Shown piece after piece: positions 8,479 through 17,239 of a DNA stretch of 29,956 nucleotides. The stretch comes from Abditibacteriaceae bacterium (GTDB lineage Bacteria; Armatimonadota; Abditibacteriia; Abditibacteriales; Abditibacteriaceae): the NCBI GenBank assembly GCA_031425655.1, contig JANPJS010000215.1, positions 1 through 29,956 of the forward strand, read 5' to 3'. The notes beneath the pieces are model-generated. The model did not search any database, was not told the origin of the DNA, and saw nothing but the letters and a program-made list of their open reading frames with translations. A program made the translations under genes and the position numbers. Within the stretch, counting starts at the first letter, position 1, and each line of letters begins with the position of its first letter.

Positions 8479-9792
8479 TCAACTGTTTTCTGTGTCACTC
8501 ATCTTCGTTACAAGGACTTTGTCCACCCGATGGTTGTCCATATCCACCACTTCAAAACGCAGATTCGCCGCTTCAAAATGGTCGGAGGTCAAAGGGACTC
8601 GGCCCAAATAAGCCATGATGAAGCCGCTGAGCGTGTGAAAATTGCCGGTTGATTCGCCGGGCAATTCGTTGATGCCCAGCAAATGTTTGAACTCGCCAAG
8701 CGACAGCATCCCGTCCATTAGCCACGAGCCGTCTTCCCGCTGCACGGCATCACTCTCGTCAGATTCATCCACCGCCGGCAACGCACCGACAATGGCCTCT
8801 AACAAGTCGTTGAGTGTCACCAATCCTTGTGTGATGCCATGTTCATCCACGACTAATGTGATGTGGGTTCGCGTGGTTTTAAGCGTTTCCATCAGCTTGA
8901 AAGCCGATTGTGTGAGAGGCACGAAAACCGGAGGTAACAGACTCGCAGACAGATCAATCGAGCCTTCTTCAAGGCACTGTTTCAGCAAGTCCTTAGCCCG
9001 CACGAAACCAACAATATGCTCCAAGTCGCCTTGACAAACGGGTAATCGAGAGTAAGCGCTTGAGGCCAGAATTCGTTGATTGTCTTCCAGAGGCCGTCGT
9101 AAATCAAGCCATGTAATATCTTGCCGGTGCGTCATCAGTGAACGCACATCACGGTCGCCCAGCCGGAACACACTCTCAATGATCTCTTGCTCTTTGGCAT
9201 GAAAAACCCCGGCCTGTGCGCCCTGCTCAACCATGACCTTGATTTCTTCTTCGGTAACGGGCGGGTCGTTTGAGGCTTTCACGCCGAACACGCGCAAAAC
9301 CATATCGGTCGAAAAAGAAAGAAAGGAAACAATGGGCGAAGCCGCCGCAGAAATGAAGCTCATCGGGCCGGCGACCAAAGCCGCAATCTTTTCCGGGCTT
9401 TGCAGCGCAAGACGCTTGGGCACCAATTCACCGATGACCAGTGAAAAATAGGTAAGGCCCGTGACCACGACGATTAAACCAACCGTGTTCGCATAGGGCG
9501 CCAGAGCAGGCACTCCTTGCGCCCACGCGGATATTTGTTTGGAAAGTGTGGCACCGCCGAACGCGCCGGAAAAAATGCCGACGAGCGTAATGCCAATTTG
9601 GACTGTAGACAGAAAACGGTTGGGATTTTCGGCTAAGGCCAGTGCAGCCCGCGCTTTGGTATCGCCGCTTTCAGCGGCCTGCTGAAGGCGCGCTTTACGC
9701 GAGGCCACAACCGCCGCTTCGGCCATCGCAAAAACACCATTGGCGAGAATGAGGAGAAAGACAATCAGAACTTCAGAACCGGCGCCTGCCAT
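8479..9792 (-). CDS. Hemolysin family HlyC/CorC protein (CNNM TM domain + CBS pair + CorC_HlyC)
   Basis: 'NGVFAMAEAAVVASRK', 'FLSTVQIGITL', 'GELVPKRLAL', CBS 'VVDEHG..QGLVTLNDLLEAIVG', C-terminal 'FEVVDMDNHRVDKVLV'. Confidence 0.93.
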   Translation of the reverse strand: MAGAGSEVLIVFLLILANGVFAMAEAAVVASRKARLQQAAESGDTKARAALALAENPNRFLSTVQIGITLVGIFSGAFGGATLSKQISAWAQGVPALAPYANTVGLIVVVTGLTYFSLVIGELVPKRLALQSPEKIAALVAGPMSFISAAASPIVSFLSFSTDMVLRVFGVKASNDPPVTEEEIKVMVEQGAQAGVFHAKEQEIIESVFRLGDRDVRSLMTHRQDITWLDLRRPLEDNQRILASSAYSRLPVCQGDLEHIVGFVRAKDLLKQCLEEGSIDLSASLLPPVFVPLTQSAFKLMETLKTTRTHITLVVDEHGITQGLVTLNDLLEAIVGALPAVDESDESDAVQREDGSWLMDGMLSLGEFKHLLGINELPGESTGNFHTLSGFIMAYLGRVPLTSDHFEAANLRFEVVDMDNHRVDKVLVTKMSDTENS

Positions 9793-9965
9793 AGATTTGA
9801 AAATTTCAACGCTGCAAAAACAGTTTGTTTTCTCAATTCACCAACTCCTGTCCTAAGATTTTACTGCACTCCCAGAATCCGGCACGCCATCCGCCGAGTT
9901 GCGGCCCACCGCAGATTGCTGCTATCAAAGCCCTATTCGGTAGGTAACGAATGCTCAGACGGTTT

Positions 9966-10832
9966 CTAAAATTGCGCACGGCTTGGATTTTTGCGCGCCT
10001 CTAACAAAGCGTGGCAGTGCAGCGAAGCGTGACGCACCAGCAATCCCATTTTGGCGTGTTCAGGCACCAAATCTGTTTGCACCTCGAATTCGTCCAGCGC
10101 TTCCGAGGTTGCCGGGCCGATGGAGGCGACGACCATGGCTTGCAAAGCGCGGCGCAGCTCGTCTTCTACGCCTTTTTTCGCGGCCAATTTGAACAAGTGC
10201 CAGACTTGTGTTCCTGTCGTGAAAAGCGCCACATCGAAGTATCCGTTGACGATATTTTCAAGAGCGGCCCGCAGCGGCGCGGGATCATCGGGTAGCGCCC
10301 AGCGATAAACCGGAACGCGCAATACAAGCGCGCCGCGCGCCGCAAGACCTTTGAGTAGAGGCCGGTTCATCATGCCGTATTCCTGCACGGCAACGCGGCG
10401 ACCCGATAAAGGAAATGCTTTCGAGCGCGCATCGAGTGCGGCCAGCAATTCGCGCCAGGTATTCGGCTCGCCGGCGCGCAAATGCACCGTAATTCCCAGT
10501 TCTTTTAGCGCCTGAGCCGGTTTTGGCCCGCGCGCGATGACAATGGTGTTGCGAAGCGCGCTCAGCCAGCGTTCTCGCGGCACACGCGACTCGATTTCCT
10601 GCGTCAGAAGGCGCACGCCGCTGCCGGTGAGGAAGATTGTCAGGTCGAGTTCGCCGGCCAGCAGTGCGCTTTCAAAGACAGCGAATTCGGGGCTGGAGCC
10701 GAGCGGCACTTCGCTGATGCCCGGCGCTACCGTCGCCACGCCTTTGTGCTGCTCAATGAGAGTTTTCATCTCCGTGGCCCGCCGACTTTCAAAGGCGACA
10801 ACACGCAGTCCGGCGAAGTGGCGTTTCGACAT
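9966..10832 (-). CDS. hemD: Uroporphyrinogen-III synthase
   Basis: 'LRVVAFESRRA', 'IFLTGSG', 'ARGPKP', 'VPVYRW', 'SIGPATSEAL'. Start placed at the ATG of MSKRHF (10832) rather than the longer ORF start. Confidence 0.82.
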   Translation of the reverse strand: MSKRHFAGLRVVAFESRRATEMKTLIEQHKGVATVAPGISEVPLGSSPEFAVFESALLAGELDLTIFLTGSGVRLLTQEIESRVPRERWLSALRNTIVIARGPKPAQALKELGITVHLRAGEPNTWRELLAALDARSKAFPLSGRRVAVQEYGMMNRPLLKGLAARGALVLRVPVYRWALPDDPAPLRAALENIVNGYFDVALFTTGTQVWHLFKLAAKKGVEDELRRALQAMVVASIGPATSEALDEFEVQTDLVPEHAKMGLLVRHASLHCHALLEARKNPSRAQF

Positions 10833-10991
10833 TTGTTGGAGCGTTGGCCGAATCGAAAACAGCTTTGCGCTCGAAGCCAAGACACACAAAGAGACTACCG
10901 GCGGCGCGTCACGCGGGAATTTCGCATTTGTTAATTTTGCGTTTCGCCGTGCGCGCAACAGCACAAATTGAGGATTGGGCGTGGCGAAAAA

Positions 10992-12125
10992 TCAGCCGCT
11001 TACAAACTGGCGTTGGCCGAAGAGAAACGAAAAAAGCGCGCAAATCAGCAAGTAACCGGCGGCGGCTATCATCAGCCGCGCGCGATTTTGCATTAACGGT
11101 TGAGCGAAGTGTCCGAGCCGTTGAAAAAACGGAAAAGTCGTTGATAAAAGGCGCGCCGAAGTGTTGGTAAACGGCGGAGTGACGCGCCCGAAACTGAGTT
11201 GCATGAGAATGATGCCGGCCAGCAACATGGAATAGCTTTTCGGCTGCTGTTTCCAATAACGCAGGGCGAAAAACAGCGCGGCCAGCGTTGCGGCGAAATT
11301 GACCAATGTCACGATGTCGAGCGCGCCGCCGCTGATATTCTGCAACTCATTCCACAGCGGCATCCACGGTGCTTGCCACGCGCGGCCAAAATTCGCGTGC
11401 GCGCTGACGCCGGGCGCTCCTCCAAAAAGGCGGCTGAGGTAAAATTGCACGCCAATCAGCGCCAAAAGCGGCAAAAACACGATGAGAATCGAAAGCGCGG
11501 GAGGCTTTGATTCGCTGTGCTGTCTTTGTCGCCACCATTCGCAAAGCAGCGCCGCCGTGATAACCGCGCCCGCATTGCGTGTTAAGGCCGCCAAAACCGT
11601 GAAAACGGCTGTGGGCAGCCATTTTTCGCGCCGCGCCGACCAAAATCCGGCCATCAGGCAGGCGAAATATAATGCATCGGTGTAAACCGCGCTAAAAACC
11701 GCCGAAACCGGGAAAAAGGCTAAAATCCAGACCGCAAATTGCGCCGTGCGACGGTCGTAATCGCGCTGCGTTAAATCGAAGAGAAGCCACAATCCGACGA
11801 GAAACGCGGCGTTGGAAAGCAAGATTCCCCACGCCGCCGCTGCGTTTTCATCGAATGAGAAAGGACGCAGCAAAACAGGATAAAGCGGGAAGAACGGCGC
11901 GGTTTCCGGCGTGTAGCCGTGCTTTGCGATAGCAAGAAAGTGCTTGGAATCGAAAATCGTCCACGGATTCAGCCACCAATTGTCCACGCCGACCCAGGCG
12001 CCTTTTTCAAACTGGCGATAGGGATGATTGAGATGGCCCAAATAAACGAAAAACGCCACCCACAGGCGCGAAAGCAAAAAAGGACGCCACACGGCACGCA
12101 GGTCGTCGAGGCGCAAACCGGACAT
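10992..12125 (-). CDS. GT-C glycosyltransferase (mannosyltransferase/PIG-V-like)
   Basis: 'WTIFDSKHFLAIAKHGY', 'PFFPLYP', 'FSAVYTDALY', 'LAALTRNAG'. The ATG at 12125 overlaps the upstream TGA (TGATG). Confidence 0.8.
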   Translation of the reverse strand: MSGLRLDDLRAVWRPFLLSRLWVAFFVYLGHLNHPYRQFEKGAWVGVDNWWLNPWTIFDSKHFLAIAKHGYTPETAPFFPLYPVLLRPFSFDENAAAAWGILLSNAAFLVGLWLLFDLTQRDYDRRTAQFAVWILAFFPVSAVFSAVYTDALYFACLMAGFWSARREKWLPTAVFTVLAALTRNAGAVITAALLCEWWRQRQHSESKPPALSILIVFLPLLALIGVQFYLSRLFGGAPGVSAHANFGRAWQAPWMPLWNELQNISGGALDIVTLVNFAATLAALFFALRYWKQQPKSYSMLLAGIILMQLSFGRVTPPFTNTSARLLSTTFPFFQRLGHFAQPLMQNRARLMIAAAGYLLICALFSFLFGQRQFVSG

Positions 12126-13054
12126 CAAGGCCGTGGCTCCAGCGTTTCCTGAAGTGCCTGACCAAGCAGATTGAATCCGGCGACGGCTAAAACGATGGCG
12201 CAACCGGGCACGAGAGTGATCCACGGCGCGGCCAAAATATACGGCTGACCTTCGGCGATCATGCCGCCCCACGACGGCACGCCGGCTTCCATACCCAAAC
12301 CCAGATACGATAACCCAGCTTCGAGCAGAATATTGTGCGCCGTCGCCAGAGTCGCCAAAACGATGACCGTCGGCAGCACGTTGGGCAGCAAATGCACGAA
12401 AATAATACGCAGCGGCGAGCAGCCCACGGCCCGTGCCGCTTCGATGAATTCCTGCTCTTTAAGGCTGAGAACCTGGCCTCGCACCACGCGCGCGATGCCC
12501 GTCCAGGTTACGAGCGCGATAGCGATGAGTAGTTTGGAAAGACGCGCGCCGTAAGATTCGCCCGGTAAAACCGTCAATAGCGCGATAGCGAGCAGCACAG
12601 TCGGCAGGCTCATCACGGCTTCGGTGAGGCGTGTGGTGATAACGTCTGTCCAGCCGCCGAAATAGCCGCCGATAAGCCCAACTGTTGTGCCGATAAGCAC
12701 GGCGGTTATCATCGCGCAAAACGCCACGAGCAAAGAAATCTGCGCGCCGTGCAGCGTGCGCGTCCATACGTCGCGGCCTAACGTATCGGCGCCGAGCAAA
12801 AAGCCGTCGCCCGGCGCGTGCGGCTGTCCGAGTTCGCTCACGCCGCGCGGCAGCGAGCCTTGCGGATTGATGTGACGAACGTGTTGTGGGTCGAATTTTT
12901 CGAGCGATGCGGTATAAATCGCCACGACCACCAGCGCCAGCACGATGGCGAGTCCAAGCAGCGCCAGAGGATGCCGCAGCAGCTTGCGCGCGAAACTCTC
13001 GGCTTTGGGCGGCAGTGCGGTTTCAGAATGGGAAAGTGTGGAAGCGGCGTTCAT
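12125..13054 (-). CDS. Peptide/nickel ABC transporter permease (DppC/OppC family)
   Basis: 'LLGADTLGRDVW', EAA loop 'EFIEAARAVG', 'EAGLSYLGLG...PSWG'. Start placed at MNAAST (13054). Confidence 0.9.
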   Translation of the reverse strand: MNAASTLSHSETALPPKAESFARKLLRHPLALLGLAIVLALVVVAIYTASLEKFDPQHVRHINPQGSLPRGVSELGQPHAPGDGFLLGADTLGRDVWTRTLHGAQISLLVAFCAMITAVLIGTTVGLIGGYFGGWTDVITTRLTEAVMSLPTVLLAIALLTVLPGESYGARLSKLLIAIALVTWTGIARVVRGQVLSLKEQEFIEAARAVGCSPLRIIFVHLLPNVLPTVIVLATLATAHNILLEAGLSYLGLGMEAGVPSWGGMIAEGQPYILAAPWITLVPGCAIVLAVAGFNLLGQALQETLEPRP

Positions 13055-13161
13055 TTTGTTTCTATTGTCCTCGCAGTTTAGCCGCCGCGTGCCGGTTTCA
13101 TCACCCGGCAGCGTTTCGCGGGATTGAAAACGCGGTCGCGGCGACAAACACCACGCTCAGT

Positions 13162-13190
13162 TTGCCGCTTTTTCGTGCTTGGGCTAAAAT
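13162..13190 (+). promoter_or_regulatory. Putative sigma70 promoter for murJ
   Basis: TTGCCG-17 nt-TAAAAT upstream of the ATG at 13218. Confidence 0.5.
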
Positions 13191-13217
13191 CGTTGAGGCT
13201 TAACGCCGCTACTTTTC

Positions 13218-14951
13218 ATGCCTGAATCCCACGCTGCCACCGTCGAATCCGCTGTGCCGGTTCCTCAGATTTCCAACCGCATGACGGTGGGCAAAGCTTC
13301 GCTTTTGCTCGCGCTGATGATCGGCATTTCGCGCTTGACCGGCTTTGGGCGCATGGTCGTGACCTCGCATCTTTACGGACAAAATCAGGTCACCGACGCT
13401 TATAATGCCGCGTTCAACATTCCCGATACCATCAGCATTATTATTGCGGGCGGCGCCTTAGCGACCGGATTCGTGCCGGTTTTTACCGAATATCTCTCGC
13501 AGGGTAGGGCCGCCGCCGCGCAACGCACTTTTCGCGCGATGTTCACGCTGCTCATAGTCATTTTCGGCGCCCTGACGCTGGCCATGATTGCCGCGACTTA
13601 TACGCCGTGGGGCACGATGCTGGCGCCGCGCAACGCCACGCCGGAAAATCTCGCACTTTACTGCCATCTGTTGCGCATTTTGCTGGTGGCGCAGTTTATC
13701 TTCGTCATCGGCGGGATGTTTACGGGCACGCTCAACGCGCTGCGCTTGTTTTGGTATCCCGCTTTGCAGCCGGTGTTTTTCAATTGCGGCATCATTTTGT
13801 TCGGCATTTTAGGCCCGAAATTTTTTGGCGCCGGCATCGAATCGCAGGCGTGGGGCGCTTTGTTTGGCGCCTTAGCCGGCTCGCTGATTATCCAAATTCC
13901 GGCGATTTATCGCAATCATCTCTCGCTGAAGCCGCTGTGGGATTTGCGCGATCCCGGCGTGCGCCGCGTGATGCGCTCGCTGCTGCCGATTGTCTTCGGC
14001 TTGGCCAGCGGGCAGATTATCGCCATGAATTTGCCGCGCTTCTTCGGCGCCGGGCTGGGCGAAGGTGCAATTACGGCGCTGGACAACGCTAATCGTTTGA
14101 TGCAGGTGCCGATTGATGTGCTTGCCAGCGGCCCGGCCATCGCGCTTTATCCGACGTTGGCTTTGTTAGCCGCGCAAGGCCGCTTCGAGCAAATGCGTTT
14201 CGAGTTGGCCTCGACGCTGCGCCGCATTTTGGTGCTGACGATGCTGGCCACGGCGCTGCTCGTGGCGTTGCGCGTTCCCCTGATTAAACTGCTGCTGGAA
14301 CACGGCAAATTCGACGCGGCGGACACCAAAGTCACTTCAACCGTTCTGCTTTGCTATGCTTTTGGCATCGTCGGGCTGAGCGTGCAGCGTTTGCTGGCGC
14401 GCGGTTTTTACGCGATGGGCGAGACCAAAGCGCCGGTTGTCATCGGCGTGGCGGCGATGGCGTGGTTTGCCGTCACAGCGTATGGCATTATCCAATTCAC
14501 AGCGAATTCGCCCGACTTAAAAGCGTTCGCGCCGGCGGCTCTGGCCTTGAATGCGGCGCTTTCCATCAATTTGATGGCGTTGTGGATGGGTTTCGTGCTG
14601 CAAAAGCGTTTGGGCGGCTGGGATTTGGGCGAAACTAAAGAAGCCCTGTGGAAAGGCGCTTTAGCTTCGCTGGCCGCTTATTTCGTGGCGCTGGTCGTGG
14701 CTAAACTGGGCTTCTATTTTATGACCTTCAGCCCGATTTCGAACGCGGCAGGCGGCATTAAACTTATGGCTAAAGCCGCGCTCTTTTGCGCCGCGAGCGC
14801 GGCGGGCGGCGGTGCGTTTTTAGTGGCGGCGGCGCTGTTAAGATTGCGCGAAGTGGAAAACCTGACGCGGCGTTTGCCCGGCGCGAAAACAGGCTCTCGA
14901 TTCTTTGAGGAAACCAAGTTTCCCAACATCAACGAAGGCGCAGGACTGTGA
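13218..14951 (+). CDS. murJ: Lipid II flippase MurJ (MviN)
   Basis: 'SRLTGFGR', 'DAYNAAFNIPD', 'GGALATGFVPVF', 'ANRLMQVP', 'RGFYAMGETKAP'. Confidence 0.92.
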   Translation: MPESHAATVESAVPVPQISNRMTVGKASLLLALMIGISRLTGFGRMVVTSHLYGQNQVTDAYNAAFNIPDTISIIIAGGALATGFVPVFTEYLSQGRAAAAQRTFRAMFTLLIVIFGALTLAMIAATYTPWGTMLAPRNATPENLALYCHLLRILLVAQFIFVIGGMFTGTLNALRLFWYPALQPVFFNCGIILFGILGPKFFGAGIESQAWGALFGALAGSLIIQIPAIYRNHLSLKPLWDLRDPGVRRVMRSLLPIVFGLASGQIIAMNLPRFFGAGLGEGAITALDNANRLMQVPIDVLASGPAIALYPTLALLAAQGRFEQMRFELASTLRRILVLTMLATALLVALRVPLIKLLLEHGKFDAADTKVTSTVLLCYAFGIVGLSVQRLLARGFYAMGETKAPVVIGVAAMAWFAVTAYGIIQFTANSPDLKAFAPAALALNAALSINLMALWMGFVLQKRLGGWDLGETKEALWKGALASLAAYFVALVVAKLGFYFMTFSPISNAAGGIKLMAKAALFCAASAAGGGAFLVAAALLRLREVENLTRRLPGAKTGSRFFEETKFPNINEGAGL

Positions 14952-15017
14952 AGTGCGGAATTGCGAGTGCGGAGTGCGGAATTAAAACTCGACACTCCGC
15001 ACTCCGAATTCCGCACT
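14952..15017. repeat. Heptamer-array palindrome (AGTGCGG / ACTCCGC units)
   Basis: agtgcggaattgcgagtgcggagtg (14952-14976) matches the reverse complement of 14993-15017 at 23/25. It begins immediately after the murJ stop. Confidence 0.95.
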
Positions 15018-15033
15018 CGAAAAGGTGGTTATT

Positions 15034-16428
15034 ATGGAATTTCGCATTGAAAAAGACTCGATGGGCGAAGTAAAAGTGCCCGCGAACGCGCTTTACGGAG
15101 CGCAAACGCAGCGCGCTGTGGATAATTTTCCGATTTCGGGCTTGGCCATGCCGAAGTCGTTCGTCCGCGCTCTGGCTTACCTGAAAGCGGCGGCGGCGCG
15201 TGCCAACCGCGATCTGGGTTTGCTGTCCGAGGAAAAAGCCAAAGCCATCGAAGTTGCCTCATTGAAAATCGCCGAAGGGCATTTTTACAATCAGTTTCCG
15301 ATTGACGTTTTTCAAACCGGCAGCGGCACGTCGTCCAACATGAACGCCAACGAAGTCATCGCTTCGCTGTGCGCCAAAGAAGGCGTGGCGGTTCACGCCA
15401 ACGACGATGTGAACAGCGGGCAATCGTCGAACGATGTCATTCCTTCGGCGATTCACGTCGCGGCGGCGATGGAGATCAGCGACAATTTGCTGCCTTCGCT
15501 GCGCCATTTGTTGGATACGCTGCGCTCGCGCGCCGCGCAAACCGACGACGTGGTGAAAACCGGGCGCACGCACTTGATGGACGCCATGCCGGTGCGCCTG
15601 AGTCAGGAAATCGGCGGTTGGGCGGCGCAAATCGAAATGTCAATTGAGCGCGTTTTAGCAACCGTGCCGCGCATTCACGAACTGGCTTTAGGCGGCACTG
15701 CGGTCGGCACCGGCATCAACGCGCATCCCGAATTTGCGCGCCGCGCCGCCGAGCATCTCGCGCAACTGACGCATATTCCTTTTAGTGAAGCGCGCAACCA
15801 TTTCGCGGCGCAATCGGCGATGGACGGCGCCGTCGAACTGTCGGGACAACTGAAAACCCTGGCGACGGCGCTGTTCAAAATCGCCAACGATTTGCGCTGG
15901 ATGAATTCCGGGCCTCAGGGCGGTTTAGGCGAAATCGTGCTGCCTTCTTTGCAGCCCGGTTCCTCGATCATGCCCGGTAAAATTAACCCGGTCATACCTG
16001 AGGCGACGATGATGGCTGCGGCCCAAGTCATCGGCAACGACGCCACGATTGCGCTCAGCAACGCTTCCGGCAATTTTCAACTCAACGTGATGCTGCCGGT
16101 CATCGCGTTGAATTTGTTGCAAAGTATTTCTCTGCTCGGCAACGTCTCGCGCGTCTTGGCCGACAAAGCGATTGCCGGGTTTGAAGTCAAAAGCGATGCG
16201 ATGCTCGAATTGGTAGACAAGAATCCGATTATGGTGACTGTCCTCAACCCGATTATCGGCTACGAAAAAGGCGCCGCCATCGCCAAAAAAGCCTACAAAG
16301 AAGGTAGGCGGCTCAAAGACGTGGCGCGCGAAGACACCGATCTGAGCGAAGCCGAACTCGCCACGCTTCTCGATGCGCGTTCCATGACCGAAGGCGGCAT
16401 CAAAGGCTCCGGCGGCGGAGGCGGGTAG
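15034..16428 (+). CDS. fumC: Class II fumarate hydratase
   Basis: 'FRIEKDSMGEV', 'QTGSGTSSNMNANEV', 'GRTHLMDA', signature 'GSSIMPGKINP'. ATG at 15034 follows AAAGGTGG. Confidence 0.95.
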   Translation: MEFRIEKDSMGEVKVPANALYGAQTQRAVDNFPISGLAMPKSFVRALAYLKAAAARANRDLGLLSEEKAKAIEVASLKIAEGHFYNQFPIDVFQTGSGTSSNMNANEVIASLCAKEGVAVHANDDVNSGQSSNDVIPSAIHVAAAMEISDNLLPSLRHLLDTLRSRAAQTDDVVKTGRTHLMDAMPVRLSQEIGGWAAQIEMSIERVLATVPRIHELALGGTAVGTGINAHPEFARRAAEHLAQLTHIPFSEARNHFAAQSAMDGAVELSGQLKTLATALFKIANDLRWMNSGPQGGLGEIVLPSLQPGSSIMPGKINPVIPEATMMAAAQVIGNDATIALSNASGNFQLNVMLPVIALNLLQSISLLGNVSRVLADKAIAGFEVKSDAMLELVDKNPIMVTVLNPIIGYEKGAAIAKKAYKEGRRLKDVAREDTDLSEAELATLLDARSMTEGGIKGSGGGGG

Positions 16429-16491
16429 TTTTCCAAACTCTGGGCAATTGTTTTGCTGCCGAACTTAGCTGGTTTCTGAATCGGAGGCAAG

Positions 16492-16752
16492 GTGGAAATT
16501 CTTGCAGTTGTTGTCGCGTTAAGTTTCGTGCTCAATATCGGGTCTCGAATTTTGACACGAGATTTTAGCCCTTTGCCACGCCACGGGTCTGTTGCACAAG
16601 AAATCTTTGCGAGGCTCGTGACCATACTTCTACTCGGCACTGCGTTGCTATATGCATCAGGTTCCGTGCCAGTGACGAGTTTGTTTCCCCTGACTGCTAT
16701 CGGCGTTATCGGGTTGAATCTTTACTCGATCTTTTGCAGATTTTCCAGATGA
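16492..16752 (+). CDS. Hypothetical small membrane protein (about 3 hydrophobic segments)
   Basis: 86-aa hydrophobic ORF with GGAGG shortly upstream of a GTG start. No recognised family. Confidence 0.45.
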   Translation: MEILAVVVALSFVLNIGSRILTRDFSPLPRHGSVAQEIFARLVTILLLGTALLYASGSVPVTSLFPLTAIGVIGLNLYSIFCRFSR

Positions 16753-16789
16753 TTGGATTTTATATCTTTGAGAAACTGTCTGAGAATTC

Positions 16790-17004
16790 GTTACAGATTC
16801 ACCTTTCGCAGTGGGATGTGTTAGGTGGATCAACCACTCAGGCATTGAGTCATTCTGAGCTTGCGAAGAATCTCGGCCTCTGCGGTGCTTTTGCTCATGC
16901 TCCGTGCGGAGCCTCTTACGCAGAGATTCTTCGCAAGCTCAGAATGACAGCGTTTCTTGAATTTTCCTGCCTAACACACTCCACTGCGTAAGGTGAGTTA
17001 CAGA
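16790..17004. mobile_element. MITE-like element with 27-bp TIRs and 8-bp flanking direct repeats, containing a GTCATTC-type palindrome
   Basis: GTTACAGA at 16790-16797 and 16997-17004. TIRs 16799-16825 / 16970-16996 (24/27). Inner perfect 26-bp IR gtcattctgagcttgcgaagaatctc at 16849-16874 / 16923-16948. Confidence 0.75.
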
Positions 17005-17016
17005 CTAACACCAAAA

Positions 17017-17156
17017 ACTTTTAATGGGACGCGGAGCTTCGCTACACGGATTTCATGCGCGGATTTTCGCTGATTTTTTCTGTAAAACCGCGCCTTCAAA
17101 GCCGTTTCGGGCGCCCTCTGGGCAGGAAAGCGAAGCTCCGCGTCCTATTAAAAAGT
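17017..17156. mobile_element. Gene-less palindromic element related to the GxxExxY-flanking IRs
   Basis: acttttaatgggacgcggagcttcgct (17017-17043) / agcgaagctccgcgtcctattaaaaagt (17129-17156). The left part continues 'acacggattt...cggatttt', as does the 20731 arm. Confidence 0.75.
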
Positions 17157-17180
17157 GACTCAACTGACGCGAATTGCGAT

Positions 17181-17226
17181 GACAAAAAGGGCACGGTGCG
17201 TTGCAACGCACCATGCCCTTTTTGTC
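17181..17226. terminator. Bidirectional intrinsic terminator
   Basis: gacaaaaagggcacggtgcgtt-gc-aacgcaccatgccctttttgtc, with A/T tracts on both sides, 13 nt downstream of the 17240 stop between convergent units. Confidence 0.8.
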
Positions 17227-17239
17227 TGATTCGCCTTCC

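Noticed and set aside
12126..12272. Longer starts in the ORF track for the GT-C gene (also hemD, the permease, baeRF3, lutB and rplK)
   Set aside because: The extensions overlap neighbouring genes or repeats. Downstream ATGs fit homology, SD position or translational coupling better.
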